Below are positions 8,441 to 17,158 of a stretch of DNA of 24,000 bases, in pieces. The translations under genes and the position numbers were made by a program. The stretch is from Chitinophagales bacterium (lineage in GTDB: Bacteria; Bacteroidota; Bacteroidia; Chitinophagales; S012-47). The notes below the pieces were generated by a model. That model did no database searches, was not told the origin of the DNA, and saw only the letters and a list, made by a program, of their open reading frames with translations. How positions within the stretch are numbered: position 1 is the first letter of the stretch; every line of letters begins with the position of its first letter. The stretch is taken from positions 2,690 through 26,689 of the forward strand of contig JALSIH010000222.1 in assembly GCA_026981615.1 (NCBI GenBank). Reading direction: 5' to 3'.

Positions 8441-8614
8441 ATGAAAAGTATTTTAAAAACAGCCGCACTTCTTTTATTGCTGTCATTGCTTGGCAGTTGT
8501 TCGGTTTTTAAGAAAAGCTGCGACTGCCCAAAGTTCGGAAAGAGCCAATGGAATGAAATGCCGGCCACACCTCTTCCGCAGATGACCTTAGACGAAGCAC
8601 GGGCAAAAAAATAA
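8441..8614 (+). CDS. Small putative lipoprotein (57 aa), not in the supplied ORF track
   Basis: Hand translation: MKSILKTAALLLLLSLLGSCSVFKKSCDCPKFGKSQWNEMPATPLPQMTLDEARAKK*. Contains the lipobox L-G-S-C. A perfect TAATTTTG -7 box lies 34 nt upstream. Below the 60-aa track cutoff. Confidence 0.5.
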   Translation: MKSILKTAALLLLLSLLGSCSVFKKSCDCPKFGKSQWNEMPATPLPQMTLDEARAKK

Positions 8615-8675
8615 GTTTTTCCGGATTATTCCGAACTCTGCTTTGTCTGAACTGTTATCTGGATTACCTTGCATC

Positions 8676-8698
8676 TTATTTAAAATGATTCTAAATAA
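8676..8698. promoter_or_regulatory. Inverted repeat TTATTTA-N9-TAAATAA upstream of feoA (candidate operator, possibly Fur-type)
   Basis: Perfect 7-bp arms at 8676-8682 and 8692-8698. AT-rich core AAATGATTC. Ends 6 nt before the feoA GTG. Confidence 0.35.
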
Positions 8699-8704
8699 CT
8701 TGGC

Positions 8705-8956
8705 GTGAGATTGAGTGACTTAAAGCCCGGAGAGGAAGCGGTAATCAGCGGATATACGGATGAGTTGAAATACCTTCAGTTGATGGAAATGGGATGCATC
8801 CCCGGAGAGAAGGTACGCCTGCTTTCGAGGGCACCTTTCGGTGATCCCATATCCATTCAGATCGGATCGTACAAGCTGAGTATACGCAAGAGCGAAGCGC
8901 GCAATATTTTGGTAGAAAAGCATTCGGAAGATACCCGATCTTTGCAGCAAGCATAG
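8705..8956 (+). CDS. feoA: Ferrous iron transport protein A
   Basis: FeoA-like N-terminus (M)RLSDLKPGEEAVISGY. The GTG start at 8705 is forced, because an in-frame TAA lies at 8696-8698 and the next Met is residue 27. Directly upstream of feoB. Confidence 0.85.
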   Translation: MRLSDLKPGEEAVISGYTDELKYLQLMEMGCIPGEKVRLLSRAPFGDPISIQIGSYKLSIRKSEARNILVEKHSEDTRSLQQA

Positions 8957-8973
8957 ATGATCAATTAAAAGCC

Positions 8974-11061
8974 ATGAAAATCCACGCTGCCGGGCTGAAG
9001 AAAATTGCACTTGTCGGGAATCCGAACAGCGGAAAGACCTCACTCTTCAATGCTTTGACGCACCTGCGGCAAAAAGTGGGAAATTATCCGGGGGTCACCG
9101 TTGATATTAAAAAAGGAACTGCAGAGATCGCTTCGCAGCGAATTGAGTTTATTGATTTGCCGGGTACCTACAGCATTTATCCCAAGTCCGATGATGAACG
9201 CATCGTTTCGGAGGTACTGCTCGATCCAGCCCACCCCAGCCATCCCGATGCCGTTATTGTGGTGATAGATGCCACCAATCTGAAGAGAAATCTGCTCTTT
9301 TGTTCGCAAATTATAGACATAGGCCTGCCTGTGATGGCGGTGCTCACCATGGGCGACATGCTCGAAAAAAGAGGCATCCGCATTGATCCCGGAAAGTTGT
9401 CGGAGCAGCTGGGCATTCCGGTGCTTCTGGTCAATGCGCGCAGGCAGAAGGGCATCGACAAGCTGAAGCATTATCTGAAAGAAGACCTGGATAAACCGAA
9501 GAAAGAAATTTATTCGGACATTCCGCTGCCGCCTGCTCTGCTGGAAGCCGGGCGGAAGCTCTATCCCCATGCGGGCAAGTACTACATCTGGCTTGAAATT
9601 TTAAGGGCACAGAGGAGCCGTAAAAGCCGGGACAGCAAGCTAAAGGCATTGAAAGAACTGCTTCGGGATGAGCAGGTAAACATTGCACGGATACAGGGAA
9701 AAGAGACGCTCGGGCGCTACAAAAAGATCGAAGAGATCATCATGGAATCGGTAGATGATTCTCTGCACAAGTCGGTACAGATAAGCGATCGCCTGGACGA
9801 TGTTTTTACACATCGTGTCTGGGGCCCTTTGATATTGCTTGCCATTCTTTTTCTTGTATTTCAGGCGGTCTTTTTTCTGGCCGAGTTTCCGATGCGATGG
9901 GTCGAAGATGGTACGGCATGGGTGAGTACGGTCTTTAGCAGCTACCTGCCTTCGGGATGGTTTAAGAATTTACTGGTAGAAGGGGTTATCGCGGGGCTGG
10001 GTGGCATCGTGGTGTTTATTCCGCAGATAGCCATTCTTTTCGGCTTCCTTTCGATACTTGAAGACACGGGCTATATGGCACGTATCAGCTATATCACCGA
10101 CCGGATTATGCGGGGTGTGGGCTTGTCGGGCAAGAGTGTGATACCGATGATCAGCGGCATGGCCTGTGCCATTCCGGCCATCATGGCAACCCGCTCTATC
10201 GAGAACTGGCGAAATCGCCTGGTCACCATATTGATAACTCCTTTTATGACCTGCTCTGCGCGCCTGCCCGTATATGCTTTGTTGATTTCCATCGGGGTTC
10301 CTTCCAAAACCCTCCTGGGATTTATCAATTTGCAGGGGCTTGTCCTCCTTTCCATGTACCTTCTGGGCATCGGCATGTCGATGGCCATCGCCTATATCCT
10401 TCGTTTTCTGATTCCGGCAGACGGCAAGTCGCTCTTTGTGATGGAAATGCCGCTTTACAGGGCCCCCCGCTGGCGGAATGTATTTATCACGATGTACGAA
10501 CGGTCGAAAGTTTTTGTAACGGAAGCCGGAAAGGTCATCCTGGTCATTTCCATCGTGCTCTGGTTTTTGGCTTCTTTCGGCCCGGCCGATCTGGGGATGC
10601 GCCATGACAAGGCTGACACCGAGCAGATGACGCCGGCTCAGTATAAGTCATACAAGCTGGAACACTCCTTTGCCGGATACCTGGGCAAGGCAATTGAGCC
10701 GGCCATTCGCCCCATCGGCTTCGATTGGCGAATGGGTATTGCCGTGATTACCTCTTTTGCGGCCCGCGAGGTTTTTGCCGGAACGATGGCTACCATCTAT
10801 AGTGTGGAGGGGGAAGGAGATGAATTTCACAGCGTGCGTGAGGCCATGCTTCATGACGTGGATGAGAATGGCCGGAAGGTCTATTCCCTGGCAACGGTTT
10901 TGTCATTGCTCGTCTTCTATGCATTTGCCATGCAATGTATGAGCACCCTGGCCGTGGTGAAGCGCGAAACAAAAAGCTGGAAGTGGCCGGCCATTCAGTT
11001 TGCCTATATGACCGTCATTGCCTACTCGGCCAGTTTCATAGTTTATCAACTCTTTCGTTAA
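8974..11061 (+). CDS. feoB: Ferrous iron transporter FeoB
   Basis: N-terminal GTPase domain with G1 GNPNSGKTSLFN and G3 DLPGTYS. Long polytopic membrane domain. 695 aa. Confidence 0.95.
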   Translation: MKIHAAGLKKIALVGNPNSGKTSLFNALTHLRQKVGNYPGVTVDIKKGTAEIASQRIEFIDLPGTYSIYPKSDDERIVSEVLLDPAHPSHPDAVIVVIDATNLKRNLLFCSQIIDIGLPVMAVLTMGDMLEKRGIRIDPGKLSEQLGIPVLLVNARRQKGIDKLKHYLKEDLDKPKKEIYSDIPLPPALLEAGRKLYPHAGKYYIWLEILRAQRSRKSRDSKLKALKELLRDEQVNIARIQGKETLGRYKKIEEIIMESVDDSLHKSVQISDRLDDVFTHRVWGPLILLAILFLVFQAVFFLAEFPMRWVEDGTAWVSTVFSSYLPSGWFKNLLVEGVIAGLGGIVVFIPQIAILFGFLSILEDTGYMARISYITDRIMRGVGLSGKSVIPMISGMACAIPAIMATRSIENWRNRLVTILITPFMTCSARLPVYALLISIGVPSKTLLGFINLQGLVLLSMYLLGIGMSMAIAYILRFLIPADGKSLFVMEMPLYRAPRWRNVFITMYERSKVFVTEAGKVILVISIVLWFLASFGPADLGMRHDKADTEQMTPAQYKSYKLEHSFAGYLGKAIEPAIRPIGFDWRMGIAVITSFAAREVFAGTMATIYSVEGEGDEFHSVREAMLHDVDENGRKVYSLATVLSLLVFYAFAMQCMSTLAVVKRETKSWKWPAIQFAYMTVIAYSASFIVYQLFR

Positions 11062-11070
11062 CATTGCAGA

Positions 11071-11388
11071 ATGAAGGTTCTCAAATTTGCCGTTTTTACA
11101 TTCTTCGTTTTCTTCACCATGGGATTTTCCTCCTGCTCCGGGAGCAGTCCCGGAAATGAAAAAGCAGATGGAGCCGGTCTGTACAAAAAACATTGCCGCC
11201 TCTGCCATGGTGTGGATGGCACCCTCGGACTGAGCGGTGCGGCCGATCTCAGTCGTTCGGCCCTCTCACCCGAAGATACCAGGCGGGTCATTGAGTCGGG
11301 ACGCAGAACCATGCAGGCCTTTGACGGAGTGCTTAACGAAGAAGAGATCAAGGCGGTCACAGACTATGTAATTTCGCTTCGAAGATGA
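11071..11388 (+). CDS. Small class I c-type cytochrome, probable lipoprotein or secreted
   Basis: Single heme motif CRLCH with a downstream Met candidate ligand (RRTMQAF). Hydrophobic N-terminus ending FSSC. 105 aa. Stop codon overlaps the anmK ATG (ATGA at 11385-11388). Confidence 0.8.
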   Translation: MKVLKFAVFTFFVFFTMGFSSCSGSSPGNEKADGAGLYKKHCRLCHGVDGTLGLSGAADLSRSALSPEDTRRVIESGRRTMQAFDGVLNEEEIKAVTDYVISLRR

Positions 11389-12449
11389 AAGCGCCCGTGT
11401 ATATCGGATTGATGAGCGGCACTTCGCTGGACGGCCTCGACATCGCGGCCTGCAGTTTCGATGGCGGAGGCTTCAGACTGTATGCTGCCGAAACCCGCCC
11501 CTTTGATCCACTCTTGAAAAAGCGCCTGCGGCATGCCGCAGAATCGAATGTGGAATCGCTTTCGGCTCTGCATGCCGAATTCGGAAGCTGGATGGGAAAA
11601 GCGGCAAGCGACTTTATGAAAAGCCACGGAATAGAAGCGGTAGAGGCACTTTGCAGCCACGGACAGACATTGCTTCATCGTCCGGGGCAGCGCCATACCC
11701 TTCAGATTGGAAGCGGAGCCCATCTGGCTGCGGCATCTGGCTGCCGGGTGGTTTGTGATTTCCGTCAGGGAGATATGGCCCTCGGAGGGCAGGGCGCACC
11801 CCTGGTGCCCCTTGCCGAAAGAGACCTCTTCCCGGAGTATGCGTTCTTTATCAATCTCGGAGGGATTGCCAACATCTCGGTGCGCAAATCAGACGGAAGC
11901 ATGGAGGGATTCGATGTCTGTGCGTGCAATTGCATATTGGATTCCCTGGCGGGAGCACTCGGAGAGGAAATGGATGAAGACGGCAGACGGGCGGCAAAAG
12001 GAAATGCACACGAGGGGCTGCTACGAACTTTGATAAGTGCTTCGGACGAGGCCTTTGGCAGCAGCGCGCTCGATGCCGGAGAGGCGGCCCGCCTCTTTTT
12101 TGCAAAGGCAGCGCTTTTTTCGCTGACTACGGACGATTGCCTTGCCACAGCCGTTCGCTATATTTCCCGCATGCTCGCACGCGCCCTCGCCCCGCATCTG
12201 CCTTCAGCCGGGGACAAGCGGGTCTTGCTCACGGGTGGCGGAGCTTTTAATAAAACCCTGATCAAACAACTAAGCGAAGAAGCACCCTCTTTTCGCTTTC
12301 AAGTTCCGGATGCCGATCTGGTTCGCTACAAAGAGGCCGTTGCTTTTGCTTATCTCGGAAAGCTCAGGCTTGAGAAGAAAGTAAATATTCTTGCGTCTGT
12401 GACGGGAGCTTCGCGCGACAGTATAGGCGGAGCCGTTTATTTGCCCTAA
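11385..12449 (+). CDS. anmK: Anhydro-N-acetylmuramic acid kinase
   Basis: Characteristic N-terminus VYIGLMSGTSLDGLDIA and an internal GGGAFN motif. Length of 354 aa is typical. Confidence 0.9.
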   Translation: MKAPVYIGLMSGTSLDGLDIAACSFDGGGFRLYAAETRPFDPLLKKRLRHAAESNVESLSALHAEFGSWMGKAASDFMKSHGIEAVEALCSHGQTLLHRPGQRHTLQIGSGAHLAAASGCRVVCDFRQGDMALGGQGAPLVPLAERDLFPEYAFFINLGGIANISVRKSDGSMEGFDVCACNCILDSLAGALGEEMDEDGRRAAKGNAHEGLLRTLISASDEAFGSSALDAGEAARLFFAKAALFSLTTDDCLATAVRYISRMLARALAPHLPSAGDKRVLLTGGGAFNKTLIKQLSEEAPSFRFQVPDADLVRYKEAVAFAYLGKLRLEKKVNILASVTGASRDSIGGAVYLP

Positions 12450-12458
12450 TTTGGCAGC

Positions 12459-13457
12459 ATGATTCTGGTAACGGGCGGCACCGGTTTTTTAGGTGCTTAT
12501 TTGCTTCACTATTTAATTCGCGAAGGCCGGGCAGTCCGTGCTACTTTCCGGCCTTATTCCGATTTCTCGCTTCTCGGTGATATTCGGGAGCAAATCGAAT
12601 GGGTACCCTGCAATTTGCTGGATGTCAATGCCCTTGATGATGCCATGACGGGCGTAGAGCAGGTTTATCATGCCGCGGCCAAAGTGTCGTTCCGGAAAAA
12701 GGACGCAGAACGCATGATCCGGATCAATGAGCAGTCTACGGCCAATGTGGTAAATCTGGCCCTCGAAAAGGGCGTAAAAAAACTCCTGCATGTCAGTTCC
12801 ATAGCTGCGCTGGGCCGGAGGTCGGCCCATGAGGAAATTGATGAATCGGTACACTGGGAGTGGAACAATCAGAACACAGCTTATGCCATCAGCAAGTTCA
12901 AAGCCGAGCAGGAGGTTTGGCGCGGTATAGCCGAAGGCCTCGATGCCGTGATCATCAATCCCTCTCTCATTCTGGGAGCCGGCCGCTGGAACGCAGGGAC
13001 TCCGTCCATGTTTCGCTCCGTAGCCAAAGGACTGCCTGCCGTACCTGCCGGGGTCAATGGCATGGTGGATGTGCGGGATGTCGCCCGCATGGCCATCGGC
13101 CTGATGGACAGCGATATTCAGGCAGAGCGTTTTATCCTGAACAGCGAAAACCTTTCTTACCGCAAGCTGTTCGGGCTGATTGCCGCAGCCACAGGCGCCA
13201 AAGTGCCCTCGTTCGAGATGCAGGCATGGCATGGCCGCATTGTGGCACGGGCCGAAGAATTGCTGGCATTTTTTCAAAGACGTCAGCCAAGGCTTGATAT
13301 GGACTATGTGAAAAGCTTCGGGAAAAATTTCTACTACTCAAATGAAAAAATCAGGAAGGCGCTGGACGTGGATTTTATACCCATTGCTCAGACCGTAAAG
13401 GATACGGCCCGGGTGTATCTGGAACGCAAACGCCCGGCTTTGCTGCCTTTATTTTAG
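12459..13457 (+). CDS. NAD-dependent epimerase/dehydratase (extended SDR) family protein
   Basis: Rossmann motif ILVTGGTGFLGAYL and catalytic YAISK (YxxxK). Confidence 0.85.
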   Translation: MILVTGGTGFLGAYLLHYLIREGRAVRATFRPYSDFSLLGDIREQIEWVPCNLLDVNALDDAMTGVEQVYHAAAKVSFRKKDAERMIRINEQSTANVVNLALEKGVKKLLHVSSIAALGRRSAHEEIDESVHWEWNNQNTAYAISKFKAEQEVWRGIAEGLDAVIINPSLILGAGRWNAGTPSMFRSVAKGLPAVPAGVNGMVDVRDVARMAIGLMDSDIQAERFILNSENLSYRKLFGLIAAATGAKVPSFEMQAWHGRIVARAEELLAFFQRRQPRLDMDYVKSFGKNFYYSNEKIRKALDVDFIPIAQTVKDTARVYLERKRPALLPLF

Positions 13458-13483
13458 TCATCATCCGTAGAAGTGCTTTTTAG

Positions 13484-13491
13484 TACTTTTG
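13484..13491 (+). promoter_or_regulatory. -7 box TACTTTTG
   Basis: Perfect TAnnTTTG, 28 nt upstream of the adk ATG 13520. Confidence 0.5.
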
Positions 13492-13519
13492 CAGCAAATT
13501 ATTTAAAGCAATTTCGGAA

Positions 13520-14098
13520 ATGAAAAACATCATATTGTTTGGCCCTCCGGGCAGTGGAAAAGGAACCCAGTCGGCAAAGCTGGCAGAGGCTTTTGACCTA
13601 TTGCATATCTCTACGGGAGACATATTTCGCAATGAACTGAAAAATGAGACAGCGCTGGGGCTGGAGGCCAAAAAATTTATTGAAAAGGGCATGCTGGTGC
13701 CCGATGAGATTGTCATTGGCATGTTGAGTGACTATCTGGATAAGATGCTTGAAAAGAAGCCGGCAGGATTCATCTTTGACGGTTTTCCGCGTACGATAGC
13801 CCAGGCCGAGGCACTGGACAAGCTGATGAAAGCAAAGGGAATGAATATCGACCTGGTACTGGCCCTCGAAGTGGATGAACCCGAGCTTGTGCGCAGAATC
13901 AAAGGCCGGGCCGAAACCTCGGGGCGGGTAGATGACATGGATGAGGATACCATTCGAAAGCGCATAGAGGTGTACAGAAATGAAACGGAGCCCGTGGCCG
14001 CCTACTACGAGCAACAGGGCAAGCTCTACCGCGTGAAAGGAAGGGGCGGTATCGGGCACATATTCGAAGAGCTCTCGGGAGCCATCCGGAATTTATAG
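13520..14098 (+). CDS. adk: Adenylate kinase (short-lid type)
   Basis: P-loop GPPGSGKGTQ and motif ISTGDIFR. No Cys4 zinc lid. Confidence 0.95.
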   Translation: MKNIILFGPPGSGKGTQSAKLAEAFDLLHISTGDIFRNELKNETALGLEAKKFIEKGMLVPDEIVIGMLSDYLDKMLEKKPAGFIFDGFPRTIAQAEALDKLMKAKGMNIDLVLALEVDEPELVRRIKGRAETSGRVDDMDEDTIRKRIEVYRNETEPVAAYYEQQGKLYRVKGRGGIGHIFEELSGAIRNL

Positions 14099-14142
14099 AA
14101 CTTTTATTCCGCTCCCTGTCTTACACTTCATAAATTACCCCA

Positions 14143-15141
14143 TTGGAGCAATCAAACTTTGTCGATTACGTAAAAATCAACTGCCGTTCGGGCAGGGGCG
14201 GAGATGGTGTGGTTCATTTCCGGAGAGAGAAGTTTGTGCCGAAAGGAGGTCCTGACGGGGGTGATGGCGGACGGGGAGGTCATATCATATTGAGGGGCAA
14301 TGCCCAGATGTGGACCCTGCTGCCTTTGAAATACCGCAAGCATGTGATTGCCGGAAACGGCAGACCCGGAGGCAAGCAAAACAGCTCGGGCCGCCAGGGC
14401 GAAGATGTGGTCATTGATGTGCCGCTGGGTACCGTGGCCCGCGATGCCGAGACGGGAGAGATCGACTTTGAGATAACGGAAGACGGGGAAGAACGCATAC
14501 TGGTGCCGGGTGGCAAAGGCGGCATTGGAAACACCCATTTCAAATCGGCCACGAATCAGGCCCCCCGGCAGTTCAAGCCGGGCAAGCCCGGACAGGACGT
14601 ATGGAAAATTCTGGAACTCAAGTTGCTGGCGGATGTGGGCCTCGTGGGATATCCCAATGCCGGAAAATCGACCCTGTTGGCCGCTCTCTCGGCAGCGAAG
14701 CCCAAAATTGCCGATTATGCTTTCACCACGCTGCACCCCAATCTTGGCATAGTGGCATACCACGGGCATCGTTCTTTTGTGATGGCCGATATCCCGGGTA
14801 TCATCGAAGGGGCCCATGAAGGCAAAGGGCTGGGCATTCGCTTTCTTAGGCATATCGAGCGCAATTCCGTCCTCCTTTTTGTGGTGCCGGCCGATTCACC
14901 GGATATCATGAAAGAGTATCAAACCCTATTGCACGAAGTGGGCAGCTACAACCGCGAGCTTCTGCACAAACCGCGGCTGCTCGGGATAAGCAAAGCCGAC
15001 CTGAGCGATCCGGAAATGAAATCCATGCTCAGCGAAGAAATTAGCGGGCTGGAGCATCTTTATTTTTCGGCCGTTACAGGCGAAGGGCTGCCTGCGCTGA
15101 AAGACAAACTGTGGGAAATGCTGAATGAACCCGTGGAATAA
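14143..15141 (+). CDS. obg: GTPase Obg/CgtA
   Basis: Obg fold N-terminus [18 protein letters not shown]1 [10 protein letters not shown]3 [10 protein letters not shown]4 SKAD. TTG start forced by an in-frame TAA at 14131-14133. Confidence 0.95.
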   Translation: MEQSNFVDYVKINCRSGRGGDGVVHFRREKFVPKGGPDGGDGGRGGHIILRGNAQMWTLLPLKYRKHVIAGNGRPGGKQNSSGRQGEDVVIDVPLGTVARDAETGEIDFEITEDGEERILVPGGKGGIGNTHFKSATNQAPRQFKPGKPGQDVWKILELKLLADVGLVGYPNAGKSTLLAALSAAKPKIADYAFTTLHPNLGIVAYHGHRSFVMADIPGIIEGAHEGKGLGIRFLRHIERNSVLLFVVPADSPDIMKEYQTLLHEVGSYNRELLHKPRLLGISKADLSDPEMKSMLSEEISGLEHLYFSAVTGEGLPALKDKLWEMLNEPVE

Positions 15142-15176
15142 CCCCCCGGAGAAGCCGGAATGGACCTGTCACTATT

Positions 15177-16091
15177 ATGAAATCAAACCCAACGACACAT
15201 TGGATTGCGCTGATTTCCCTTGCTCTTGTTTGGGGCTCTTCTTTCATTCTCATTAAAAAAGGTGTGGAGGGCTTTACGGCCCTGCAAATGGGAACGCTGC
15301 GCATTGGCATCAGCATGCTCTTTCTCCTGCCCGTGGCGCTTTATTATTTCCCCAGGGTACCGCGCAATCGCATCGGGCATCTCGTGATTGCCGGTTTCAT
15401 CGGCAATCTTATTCCCGCCTTACTTTTTGCAACGGCCGAAACGAAAGTGGATTCGGGTCTGGCCGGCATCCTCAATGCAAGCACTCCGCTCTTTGCTTTT
15501 CTCATCGGCATTGCCTTTTTCGGAATCTTGTTTCGCTGGTACCGGCTCGGGGGCGTTTTGCTGGGCCTTGGCGGCACCATCCTCCTGGTGCTTTACGGAA
15601 GCCCGCATTTTTCTTTTGAAAACTCCCGCTATGCCGTGCTGATCATAGGAGCCACCATCTGCTACGGAATCAGTGTGAACTTTATCAAGCGCTATTTGCA
15701 GGAGATACATCCCCTGGCCATATCGGGGGTTTCGCTATTCTTTGTAGGTGTGCTTTCATGGGCATACCTTTTCACTACCGACTTTACGGCCCGCATTGCC
15801 GAAAGTGCCCTGAGTCGCGAGTCCCTGTTCTATATATCCATTCTGGCTCTTTTCAGCACTTCGCTGGCAAGCATTCTCTTTTTCTGGCTTACCCAAAAAA
15901 CAGATGCACTCTTTGCCTCTACGGTCACATACATGATACCGGTGGTAGCCATCGGGTGGGGCATACTGGCCGGAGAGACCGTCTCGCTCATTCATTTTTT
16001 GGGAATGACGCTTATCTTGTCCGGGGTTTATCTGAGCAGTGCCCGTGGCGAGCGCTTCATTCAGCGGCTATCACGGATATTTCTACATTGA
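15177..16091 (+). CDS. EamA/DMT family transporter
   Basis: About 10 predicted TM helices in two EamA-like halves. 304 aa. Confidence 0.85.
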   Translation: MKSNPTTHWIALISLALVWGSSFILIKKGVEGFTALQMGTLRIGISMLFLLPVALYYFPRVPRNRIGHLVIAGFIGNLIPALLFATAETKVDSGLAGILNASTPLFAFLIGIAFFGILFRWYRLGGVLLGLGGTILLVLYGSPHFSFENSRYAVLIIGATICYGISVNFIKRYLQEIHPLAISGVSLFFVGVLSWAYLFTTDFTARIAESALSRESLFYISILALFSTSLASILFFWLTQKTDALFASTVTYMIPVVAIGWGILAGETVSLIHFLGMTLILSGVYLSSARGERFIQRLSRIFLH

Positions 16092-16440
16092 CATCCTTGG
16101 GAAGACGAGCCACTTCTACGGTCTCGCGTGCAGGTTCCATGCCTTCGGAGAAAAACGAACCATAGACCTCATTTACCTGCGGAAACTGGTTCATGTCTTT
16201 TAAAAAGATACTGCATTTCAGCACCTGGTCCATGCTCATGCCGGCCCGCTTCAGCACGGCTTCGATATTTTTCATCACCCGCTGCGTTTCCGTTCGTATG
16301 TCGTCACATTCAAGCGTGCCCGTTTCGGGATGAAGGGCAATTTGTCCGGATACGAAGAGCATACCTCCGCTTCGCACCGCCTGATTATAAGGCCCGATCG
16401 GAGCCGGGGCCTTGTCCGTTTTTATGATTTCCTTAGCCAT
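16057..16440 (-). CDS. ridA: RidA/YjgF family reactive-intermediate deaminase
   Basis: Motif KAPAPIGPYNQAV with a C-terminal VEVARLPKDVNVEI. 127 aa. Confidence 0.9.
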   Translation of the reverse strand: MAKEIIKTDKAPAPIGPYNQAVRSGGMLFVSGQIALHPETGTLECDDIRTETQRVMKNIEAVLKRAGMSMDQVLKCSIFLKDMNQFPQVNEVYGSFFSEGMEPARETVEVARLPKDVNVEISVIAAE

Positions 16441-16489
16441 AGTTTCGTAATTTTAGCCCGATAAAGGTATAAAAGAGCGTTGATTCATC

Positions 16490-17158
16490 ATGCGAATATT
16501 GATTGTCGGAAATGAAAACCGGGTCGGGGAATTGCTTCCCAGGCTGCCTGAAGATGCGCAATGTGATGTGGCGCTGGCTCCACCGGAGGACTTGCAGGGC
16601 TACGATTTGATTTTTGACCTGAATTTTGATGACAACCCCGAAAACATGGGTGACTATAAGCACTATGCAGGCACGGTCATTGCCGGGGCCGTCAAAATGC
16701 AGATGGCCGAAGCCCTGGCCCCGGAAGAGCATGTGAGCTGCACCCTGATAGGTATGAATACCCTTCCCACCCTGATCGACCGCGAGCCGGTTGAGTGGAG
16801 CCTCAATACTACTTCAAATGAGAAAGCGGCCGCCCGCACGGCCTCCCTGCTCAACTGGGACTATGAGCTGGTAGCCGACCGGGTGGGCATGGCCACGCCC
16901 CGCATTATCATGATGATTATCAACGAAGCAGCCTACACCATCCAGGAAGGTACTGCACGGGCGGCCGACATTGACGAGGCCATGCGCCTGGGCACCGCCT
17001 ACCCCTACGGGCCGCTCGAATGGGCCGACCGCATCGGCATTGAAGACGTGTATGAAACTCTTGAAGCCATTTATCTCGATACCCACGATGAGCGTTACCG
17101 GGTTTGTCCCCTGCTCAAGACCATGTATCTGGAAAGTAAAAGCTTCTACCCCCAATGA
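16490..17158 (+). CDS. 3-hydroxyacyl-CoA dehydrogenase family protein with a degenerate N-domain
   Basis: The C-terminal part (IINEAAYTIQEGTA..DIDEAMRLGTAYPYGPLEWADRIGIEDV) matches the 3HCDH C-domain pattern. The N-terminus ILIVGNENRVG lacks GxGxxG. Confidence 0.7.
   Translation: MRILIVGNENRVGELLPRLPEDAQCDVALAPPEDLQGYDLIFDLNFDDNPENMGDYKHYAGTVIAGAVKMQMAEALAPEEHVSCTLIGMNTLPTLIDREPVEWSLNTTSNEKAAARTASLLNWDYELVADRVGMATPRIIMMIINEAAYTIQEGTARAADIDEAMRLGTAYPYGPLEWADRIGIEDVYETLEAIYLDTHDERYRVCPLLKTMYLESKSFYPQ

Noticed and set aside
11385-13457. Locally higher GC (about 60% in sampled lines of anmK and feoB, against about 30% in parts of bamA and skp), considered as a sign of horizontal transfer
   Set aside because: The differences track amino-acid composition: Lys/Glu-rich Skp and the BamA POTRA linker against Ala/Gly-rich enzymes. 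There are no flanking mobility genes, tRNA or repeats. I could not compute proper statistics by eye.
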